From IMG/VR virus record IMGVR_UViG_3300044627_000710: a stretch of 64,000 nucleotides of DNA. One strand, given 5' to 3'. Positions within the stretch are counted from its first letter, which is position 1; the number at the start of each line of letters is the position of its first letter. This DNA is from an uncultured virus (IMG/VR IMGVR_UViG_3300044627_000710). Taxonomy: Duplodnaviria; Heunggongvirae; Uroviricota; Caudoviricetes. The translations under genes were made by a program, and so were the position numbers. The notes beneath the pieces are model-generated. The model saw only the letters and a program-made list of their open reading frames with translations, was not told the DNA's origin and made no database searches. This document shows positions 57,705 to 64,000 of this stretch, piece by piece.

Positions 57705-57868
57705 TGAAGACACGAGCACTGAAACTGGTGCGTGAGTTGTTTGCTGTGGATTACGTACCGATCCACACGCAACGTCACAACCAACGCCAGTGGGTTAAGA
57801 GCGTACGCAGATTGGGTGACAGATGGCTACTCGCAAAGCAACACGTACCCGAAAAGCGCAAAGCATAG
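57704..57868 (+). CDS. hypothetical protein
   Basis: GGAGG RBS; TGATG overlap; RQWVKSVRRLGDRWLLA. Confidence 0.6.
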   Translation: MKTRALKLVRELFAVDYVPIHTQRHNQRQWVKSVRRLGDRWLLAKQHVPEKRKA

Positions 57869-57987
57869 ACCCACCGCCCAAGGTCTGGCCTTTCCCAACG
57901 TGGAAGGGCCAGCCCTACAAGCAACCTAAACAACCTAAGCCAAAGGTGTGGGAGAACGCACCCGAGGCGCTGATGTAGGAGAGCCAG

Positions 57988-58320
57988 ATGAGTAGCGATG
58001 TAGACGTAGGCCGTGCGCTACGTGATGAGGGTGCAAAGATTGCACTGGCGAATGCGGGGGACGAGTGGCATGACCTAGCAATGACGTTGACACTCAAGTA
58101 CTTCGCCGCTGTCGGTGAACGTGGTGCATTGTTTGAGGATGCACGCTCATACGCTGTTGCCTGTGGAATCAGCGCACCACCATCACCAAACGCATGGGGG
58201 GCCGTGGCACTCGACTTGAGTAAGAAGAACCGCATCACGCGCACAGGCGTCATGTTGCCAAGCAAAACCGCCAAGAGCCACGCCCGTGCACAACCTGTTT
58301 GGCGTTTGACCAACATATAG
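57988..58320 (+). CDS. hypothetical protein
   Basis: AGGAG RBS; PPSPNAWGAV..SHAR..VW. Confidence 0.65.
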   Translation: MSSDVDVGRALRDEGAKIALANAGDEWHDLAMTLTLKYFAAVGERGALFEDARSYAVACGISAPPSPNAWGAVALDLSKKNRITRTGVMLPSKTAKSHARAQPVWRLTNI

Positions 58321-58329
58321 GAGAGAAAC

Positions 58330-58452
58330 ATGCAACGACTGAATGAAGATGGACTGGAGGACTTGGGCTGGCTTGTTGCCATGCTGATGGCACTGGGCTT
58401 CCTGTTCTTCTCCCTGGTGTATTTCCTTCACTGGGCGGGGTGGTTGGTATGA
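58330..58452 (+). CDS. 40-aa single-TM protein (not in the ORF track)
   Basis: AGGAG RBS; MQRLNEDGLEDLGWLVAMLMALGFLFFSLVYFLHWAGWLV. Confidence 0.5.
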   Translation: MQRLNEDGLEDLGWLVAMLMALGFLFFSLVYFLHWAGWLV

Positions 58453-58727
58453 GCGGCGACCACAACGCAAACCAGAAGCCCAAGCGAGTCAGAGCAACCA
58501 AAGGACTGTTCGATGACGTACCCCTCCACAACCCAGACCGAGACAAGGCTTGGGAGCGGATCATCAAGCGCAAAGACATGAAGGCGATGATGAAGAAGGG
58601 CGAAGGGTTCAAGTTCCCGCTTGATGGTTCCTACGACCTGTGGTGCATCGCATGGAGTTTGGCATGGGGCGCAGGCGCAAAGGCCGGATGGGAAGCGCGT
58701 GAAGAGTACGAGAAGGAGAAGAAATGA
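58449..58727 (+). CDS. hypothetical protein
   Basis: ATGA overlap; MSGDHN start. Confidence 0.6.
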   Translation: MSGDHNANQKPKRVRATKGLFDDVPLHNPDRDKAWERIIKRKDMKAMMKKGEGFKFPLDGSYDLWCIAWSLAWGAGAKAGWEAREEYEKEKK

Positions 58728-58760
58728 GCAAGATCAACAACCAACTGAAAGGAAACTGAA

Positions 58761-58991
58761 ATGACCAAGACCATTAAAGACAACGATGACGGCGCACGTG
58801 TTTTCGCCGATGGCCGTAGCATCACCATTGGCAAGGGGCGCATCCTGTGGGGCACCGCCACGCAAACGAGCCGCAACCTGATCGTGGAAGAGGGGTGGGT
58901 GCTGCCCGGTGGTCAGCGCACAAAAAACTACGATGTCGCGCAAGCCTACGCTCGCTGGATCGACGCGCAGTGCAGAGTGTGGGGTCGTTAA
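58761..58991 (+). CDS. hypothetical protein
   Basis: AAGGA RBS; GWVLPGG. Confidence 0.6.
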   Translation: MTKTIKDNDDGARVFADGRSITIGKGRILWGTATQTSRNLIVEEGWVLPGGQRTKNYDVAQAYARWIDAQCRVWGR

Positions 58992-58995
58992 CAGT

Positions 58996-59190
58996 ATGAA
59001 GTGCCCAACTTGCCAAGCGAAAACACACACCCTGTCAACGCGGACGATGCTCAACGGACGTAAGCGCAGACGTTACCAGTGTGACAACGGACATCGCTTC
59101 ACAACGCACGGCACAAGCGTAGACCTGCGACTCAAGCACAACATAGAACAACACAAAAACGACGAAAAGATCACCATGATCGGCGGCTAG
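58996..59190 (+). CDS. NrdR-N-terminal-like zinc ribbon protein
   Basis: MKCPTC..TR..RRRYQC.NGHRFTT. Confidence 0.7.
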   Translation: MKCPTCQAKTHTLSTRTMLNGRKRRRYQCDNGHRFTTHGTSVDLRLKHNIEQHKNDEKITMIGG

Positions 59191-59330
59191 GATGAATCAT
59201 GTGCTCAACACGCGCCCGGTAGATGTTCGTGTTGGGAACAAGCGCAACGCACCTAGTCGCTTAAAACCTGCGTTGCGCCATTGCTCGGCTGCGGCGGGGG
59301 GCGCAGAATCTACCCATCCCCCCATCTACA
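59183..59330 (+). ncRNA. candidate double-pseudoknot structured RNA
   Basis: Three stems and two loop pairings in the gap upstream of VRR-NUC/PolA (see findings). Confidence 0.55.
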
Positions 59331-59340
59331 AGGACAACAA

Positions 59341-59625
59341 ATGGCAAGCACACCAGAGGTCAAAGTCAAGAAGCAAATCCGCAAGATGTTGGATGAAGCC
59401 AAGGCTTACTACGCCATGCCCATCGGAACGGGCTACGGCAACTCGGGCGTGCCTGACTTCCTCGTTTGCCACAACGGACGCTTCGTGGGCATAGAGGCCA
59501 AGGCGGGAAAAAACAAACCCACCGCTTTGCAGGAGTTGCACATGGAGCGCATACGAAACTGCGGGGGCACTGCGTTGGTCATCAACGAAGACAACCTGCA
59601 CGAACTTAGGGAGTTGCTTAAATGA
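59341..59625 (+). CDS. VRR-NUC domain nuclease
   Basis: PEVKVK..GVPDFLVC..GIEAK..PTALQ..GG. Confidence 0.85.
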   Translation: MASTPEVKVKKQIRKMLDEAKAYYAMPIGTGYGNSGVPDFLVCHNGRFVGIEAKAGKNKPTALQELHMERIRNCGGTALVINEDNLHELRELLK

Positions 59626-59900
59626 GCCTGTTCAAAACTGAGAAGGAGATTGAGATGCACGTAGAACAAATGACCCCAGATCAGCGTGACCACTTCAAGT
59701 TGGTCATATCCAAACTGATCGAGTGCTACACCGACGAGGAGAAACATGCGGTGGTGTTGATTGGGAACAAGTCCCCGGCAATGATGGTGCTGTGTATCAA
59801 CGCTACCGAAATGGAAGCTGCATCCTTGTTGCAAGCCGCTGACAACCACATGCAGTACAGAGTGACTGAAGATGCGCCGCCCAAGGAGATGTTTAATTGA
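59622..59900 (+). CDS. hypothetical protein
   Basis: Overlaps both neighbours in the operon. Confidence 0.65.
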   Translation: MSLFKTEKEIEMHVEQMTPDQRDHFKLVISKLIECYTDEEKHAVVLIGNKSPAMMVLCINATEMEAASLLQAADNHMQYRVTEDAPPKEMFN

Positions 59901-61867
59901 GCGCCCCGTTCGACCGCATCCTCGTCATCGACTTCGAGACAGCGTGGGACAGGAAAGACTACACCCTGTCCAAGATGACCACAGAGGAGTACGTGCGCGA
60001 CCCACGCTTCAAGGCATGGGGGTTGTGTTGGAAAGAAGTTGGGCAGAACGCATACCCGATGTGGGTGCGGGGCGATGCTATTGAAGAGTGGGCAAGCTAC
60101 ATTGATTGGAGCCGCACTGCTGTGCTCGCACACAACGCCCAGTTCGATGTGACCATCCTGTCCTGGCGCTACGGTATCCACCCCGTCTTCATCTTCGACA
60201 CGCTGTCGATGGCACGTGCACTGCGCGGAGTTGAGGTGGGCAACAGCCTTGCCAAGTTAGCTGAGGACTTTGGTTTGCCACCAAAGGGCAAGGCCGTGCA
60301 CAGTACCGATGGCATGTTGGACGAGATCAGCGAAGAAGTTGAGCGTGAGTTGGCTGAGTACTGCGCGCACGACACTGTCTTGTGCGAAGAGATATTCAGT
60401 CGCCTGCGCCCCGGCTACCCGACCAAGGAGTTGCGGCTCATCGACATGACGCTCAAGATGTACACGCGGCCTTTGCTTGAACTTGATACAGAGATGTTGA
60501 GCAACGCCATTGAAGAAGAAAGGAACGCACGTGAAGAACTACTACAGAGGCTCGGCGTGGATCAGGCTGTACTTGCGTCGAACGAACAGTTTGCTGAAAT
60601 CCTTCGGACCCTTGGGGTGGAGCCGCCAACGAAGATCAGTAAGACTACAGGTAAAGAGACACTCGCGCTTGCTAAAAATGACGCGCTCTTTCAAGCCCTC
60701 AGAAATGGGGATCGGGAAGACGTTTCGCTTATCTGCGAAGCCCGACTCAAGGTCAAGTCCACAAGCGAACGAACAAGAGCGCAACGTTTTCTGGACATCG
60801 CATCGCGTGGCAGGCTCCCGGTTCCTCTGAGTTACTACGGAGCCACAACTGGCAGATGGACTGCGGCCAAGGGCAGCGCCATCAACATGCAGAACTTGAA
60901 GCGCGGATCGTTCCTGCGTAACGCAATCATGGCGCCGCCGGGGCACGTGCTTGTGGCGGGTGACTTGTCGCAGATCGAGCCTCGGGTGCTTGCTTGGCTT
61001 GCTGACTACCAAGACATGCTCGACATCTTCAAGGCCGGGGGCGATCCTTATGCCGCCTTCGGTTCGCAGATGTTCAACATCCCTGGTCTGACCAAAGACT
61101 CCCACCCTGACCTGCGCCAGTCTGCCAAGTCGGCGTTGCTCGGGTGCGGCTACGGGTTGGGGTGGGCATCCTTTGCTCAGCAACTTCTTACTGGCTTCCT
61201 GGGTGCGCCGCCTGTGCGGTACGAGAAGGAGTTTGCCAAGACACTAGGGGTAAACCGGGAGTACGTTGAACGCTTCCTTGAGTGGGAGGACAACGAGAAA
61301 CGTCTTTTGGAGATACCCCACACGTGCACTGAGAAAGAACTTTTGGTGCACGCGCTTGCTGCCAAGAAGATCATCGACGCCTACCGTGCCACTGCATGGC
61401 CCGTGGTGGCGCTGTGGGACTACTTTTCAACTTTGATTCAACGAAGCCTTGCAGACGGCGAAGAAGTGGTGTACAAATGCCTTACGTTCCGCAAAGGCGA
61501 GATTGTGCTGCCCAGCGGCATGAGCCTGCTCTACCCCGACCTTCGACAAAAGAAGGACTCTCGGGGCAGAAGGCAATGGGTGTATGGGCCTGACGAGACG
61601 AAGCTGTATGCGGGAAAGATCACGAACAACGTGGTGCAGGGCACTGCGCGGATCGTGATGACGGACGGGATGCTCAGAGTGGCGAAGCGTTACCCGATTG
61701 TGGGGACGGTGCACGACGAGTTGATTGCTGTTGCGCCTGAAGAAGAGGCAAGTGACGCGAAGACTTGGGTCTTGGCGCAGATGACTATGGAGCCGAGCTA
61801 CATGCCGGGGATACCCCTGGCCGCTGACGGTGGTGCACACAGACGATACGGACTGACAAAGAAATGA
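59897..61867 (+). CDS. family A DNA polymerase with 3'-5' exonuclease
   Basis: IDFET, HNAQFD, YCAHD; TGRW, MQNL, DLSQIEPR, KSALLGCGYG, VHDE; TTG start after AGGAG. Confidence 0.92.
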   Translation: MSAPFDRILVIDFETAWDRKDYTLSKMTTEEYVRDPRFKAWGLCWKEVGQNAYPMWVRGDAIEEWASYIDWSRTAVLAHNAQFDVTILSWRYGIHPVFIFDTLSMARALRGVEVGNSLAKLAEDFGLPPKGKAVHSTDGMLDEISEEVERELAEYCAHDTVLCEEIFSRLRPGYPTKELRLIDMTLKMYTRPLLELDTEMLSNAIEEERNAREELLQRLGVDQAVLASNEQFAEILRTLGVEPPTKISKTTGKETLALAKNDALFQALRNGDREDVSLICEARLKVKSTSERTRAQRFLDIASRGRLPVPLSYYGATTGRWTAAKGSAINMQNLKRGSFLRNAIMAPPGHVLVAGDLSQIEPRVLAWLADYQDMLDIFKAGGDPYAAFGSQMFNIPGLTKDSHPDLRQSAKSALLGCGYGLGWASFAQQLLTGFLGAPPVRYEKEFAKTLGVNREYVERFLEWEDNEKRLLEIPHTCTEKELLVHALAAKKIIDAYRATAWPVVALWDYFSTLIQRSLADGEEVVYKCLTFRKGEIVLPSGMSLLYPDLRQKKDSRGRRQWVYGPDETKLYAGKITNNVVQGTARIVMTDGMLRVAKRYPIVGTVHDELIAVAPEEEASDAKTWVLAQMTMEPSYMPGIPLAADGGAHRRYGLTKK

Positions 61868-62145
61868 AAGAAGTTGTGCTGATTGACTACGCGATGCCCT
61901 TGATGCGGGTGGAGCGTTTAGCCAAAGAGATTCATGACTTGTGCCTTGAGGACAAGTATGAAGAGGCGCGGGAGACTGCCATGCAGTTGGTTGTGGAATC
62001 CCGCTTGTTGCAAACCACGCTCAGATACATGAGCGAAGAAAAGGAGAAGCGATATGCAGTTGCCAAAAACAATCAAGGTAAGCCGGACAACGTACAGCGT
62101 CCAGCAACCAAAAAGTCTGCCGCGAATGGCGCTCGGGCACATTGA
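61864..62145 (+). CDS. hypothetical protein
   Basis: ATGA overlap with polymerase stop; LIDYAMP. Confidence 0.55.
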   Translation: MKEVVLIDYAMPLMRVERLAKEIHDLCLEDKYEEARETAMQLVVESRLLQTTLRYMSEEKEKRYAVAKNNQGKPDNVQRPATKKSAANGARAH

Positions 62146-62344
62146 CTACGAAAGTAGGACGATCCGCATTGCAAAGCAAGCGCACAACAAAGCAGTTGGC
62201 AAGCACGAACGTAGCGACACCTTCTGGCACGAGTTGACCCACGCCATCCTGCACGACATGGACAGCCGACTGGTGAACGACGAGAAGTTTGTGACTCGGT
62301 TCGCCTACCGTCTCAACAACGCCATCAACTCAGCAAAGTTCTAA
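62054..62344 (+). CDS. small zincin-like metallopeptidase
   Basis: LGHIDY..I.I..TFWHELTHAIL..E; RBS AGGAGAAGCGAT. Confidence 0.7.
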   Translation: MQLPKTIKVSRTTYSVQQPKSLPRMALGHIDYESRTIRIAKQAHNKAVGKHERSDTFWHELTHAILHDMDSRLVNDEKFVTRFAYRLNNAINSAKF

Positions 62345-63006
62345 TGAACATCACTTGGTCACACAGCGCCCTCAAGGACTTCGAGGGATGCGCTCGTCGC
62401 TACCACGAGGTCAAGGTTCTCAAGAAGTACCCGTTCCAAGAGACGCAGCACACCATCTACGGCAAGGACTTGCACAAAGCGGCTGAGGAATACGTGCGTG
62501 ATGGCACGCCCCTGCCGCCGCAGTTCGAGTATGTGAAGGAGACGCTCGATGCGCTCATCGCTAAGCCCGGACGTAAGTTGTGCGAACACGAGATGGGGCT
62601 GACCAAGGACTTGCAACCGTGCGCGTTCAATGACCCCAACAGGTGGGTGCGCGGCATCGCCGACTTGCTCATCATCAACGACGACAACTTCACGGCTCGC
62701 GTAGTTGATTACAAGACCGGCAACAACAAGTACCCGGACAGGGATCAGCTTGTGCTGATGTCGCTGATGGTGTTCGCGCACTTCCCACACATACGCAAAG
62801 TTAGCTCGGCTCTGCTGTTCGTTGTGAAGAACGACATGGTGAAGATGACTATGGTGCGCGAAGATGCTGAGAAGGCGTGGTGGCAGTATCGGGAACGAGT
62901 TGCCAAGCTGGAGGCCGCGCACGCCCACGATGTGTGGAACCCCACACAGACACCGCTATGCGGGTGGTGTCAGGTCACTGGATGTGAGTTCAATCCCAAA
63001 CACTAG
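62344..63006 (+). CDS. PD-(D/E)XK exonuclease (Cas4/RecB-like)
   Basis: WSHS..C, G..LH, RGIADL, VDYKTG, QL, CGWC..C. Confidence 0.85.
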   Translation: MNITWSHSALKDFEGCARRYHEVKVLKKYPFQETQHTIYGKDLHKAAEEYVRDGTPLPPQFEYVKETLDALIAKPGRKLCEHEMGLTKDLQPCAFNDPNRWVRGIADLLIINDDNFTARVVDYKTGNNKYPDRDQLVLMSLMVFAHFPHIRKVSSALLFVVKNDMVKMTMVREDAEKAWWQYRERVAKLEAAHAHDVWNPTQTPLCGWCQVTGCEFNPKH

Positions 63007-63015
63007 GAGGTAATC

Positions 63016-63288
63016 ATGCCCTACGTCAACAAGCCCCGCCCCTACAAGAAAGAGTACGAGCAGTACGATGGGACGGAAGCGGTCAAGAAGAAACGTGCTC
63101 AACGCAACAAGGCGCGGCGCATGCTTGAGCGCGAGGGAGTTGTCAGCAAGGGCGATGGTAAAGATGTTGACCACAAGCAACCGCTATCCAAAGGGGGAGC
63201 GACGACGCGCTCCAACCTCAAGGCGGTGAAGGCAAGTGCGAACAGGTCGTACGCACGTAACAGCGACCACACAATAAAGGAGAAGTGA
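63016..63288 (+). CDS. HNH endonuclease
   Basis: DVDHKQPLSKGG..SNL..NRS. Confidence 0.8.
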   Translation: MPYVNKPRPYKKEYEQYDGTEAVKKKRAQRNKARRMLEREGVVSKGDGKDVDHKQPLSKGGATTRSNLKAVKASANRSYARNSDHTIKEK

Positions 63289-63620
63289 TGACACTAGATG
63301 ATGCTCTTAACAAAATAGGGAACTGGCACACAACCCACAACACCATGTACCCAGTTGGCGGCGGCGTGATCGACACGCGCTATCCCACACCAAAAGCGTT
63401 TGTCACGAGCGAGATGCTTGACCATGACGCGTTCAAGATTCCCCTGAGCACGTTGATGGACATGTGGCTTGCTCGATTTGGCAACGACTGGGTGGACACC
63501 GCGACCTTGCAAGACGATCAGTTCTTCGCCATAGCGGCGGAGCGACTGCGCTCAACTGGGCAACTTGAGTCGCACTACCTGACTGACCGTGCGCGATTCG
63601 TTTGTCGCAAGGCTGAGTGA
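63288..63620 (+). CDS. hypothetical protein
   Basis: RBS AGGAGAAG; TGATG overlap. Confidence 0.65.
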   Translation: MTLDDALNKIGNWHTTHNTMYPVGGGVIDTRYPTPKAFVTSEMLDHDAFKIPLSTLMDMWLARFGNDWVDTATLQDDQFFAIAAERLRSTGQLESHYLTDRARFVCRKAE

Positions 63621-63622
63621 TC

Positions 63623-64000
63623 ATGCAGATCGTTGACAACAAAGCGTTGGTTGTCCGAACGCGTAACCCGGACAAGTACACCGTCATCCCCAAGCACAAG
63701 GTCATCCCTCGTTCCGATGGCGGCTTCGATGTGGCCGTCTACTGGGGGCTGGACGAAGCGCGGGTGCTCAAGAACCTGGGCGTCAAGAACGTACCGTCAC
63801 CCATTACCAAGAAGTACGACTGGCCGGGGCGCTACACCCCGATGCAGCACCAGATCGACACCGCATCATTCCTGACCCTACACCGCCGCGCCTTCTGCTT
63901 CAACGACCCCGGTACGGGTAAGACGTTGTCGGCATTGTGGGCGGCTGACTACCTGATGAAGCGTGGTGAGGTGCGCCGCGTGCTGATCCTGTGCCCCCTG
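63623..64000 (+). CDS. SNF2-family helicase, N-terminal part (partial, runs off window)
   Basis: Own translation: PMQHQ, NDPGTGKT, VLILCP. Confidence 0.85.
   Translation, partial: MQIVDNKALVVRTRNPDKYTVIPKHKVIPRSDGGFDVAVYWGLDEARVLKNLGVKNVPSPITKKYDWPGRYTPMQHQIDTASFLTLHRRAFCFNDPGTGKTLSALWAADYLMKRGEVRRVLILCPL

Noticed and set aside
59192..59494. ORF 59192-59494 and the TTG extension of VRR-NUC from 59281
   Set aside because: ORF overlaps VRR-NUC out of frame; ATG 59341 has an AAGGA RBS; the gap is better explained by RNA structure
59897..61867. Z-genome (DpoZ) polymerase
   Set aside because: No purZ, datZ or mazZ recognised
62344..63006. Cas4-like nuclease as evidence of a CRISPR system
   Set aside because: Stand-alone PD-(D/E)XK nucleases are routine in phage replication modules
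1..64000. tRNA genes, introns, inteins, stop-codon reassignment
   Set aside because: No cloverleaf seen in the few intergenic gaps; terminase, polymerase and primase are uninterrupted; genes tile densely in the standard code

Overview
The window is an almost complete genome of a tailed dsDNA phage with podovirus-like architecture and high GC. The host cannot be determined from sequence. An SNF2 helicase begins at the right edge and ends at the left edge, so the window appears to be a circular permutation missing a short piece. The minus strand (5152-48777) carries the late module: terminase, portal, GroES-like protein, scaffold, major capsid, small basic proteins, adaptor/nozzle, modular adhesins, lysis genes and four large internal virion proteins. 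The plus strand (49226-64000, 1-5198) carries early and replication genes: MoxR-like AAA ATPase, peptidase-VWA, DUF3150-like protein, VRR-NUC, PolA, PD-(D/E)XK nuclease, HNH, SNF2, SSB-like protein and primase-helicase. I saw no integrase, RNA polymerase, tRNA or CRISPR array. The most unusual signals are non-coding. (1) An ~85-nt small RNA candidate (48817-48901) has three GNRA-capped hairpins and an exposed anti-Shine-Dalgarno segment complementary to the extended RBS of specific phage genes. (2) A double-pseudoknot RNA candidate (59183-59330) has a linker complementary to a second repeated RBS class. (3) Six GTGGAC-N5-GTCCAC palindromes punctuate the early region. At protein level, three unrelated adhesin domains share one N-terminal ~30-aa peptide, and a hydrophobic-x-x-GG motif recurs across internal virion proteins. 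All family assignments come from motif recognition by eye and were not searched against databases.
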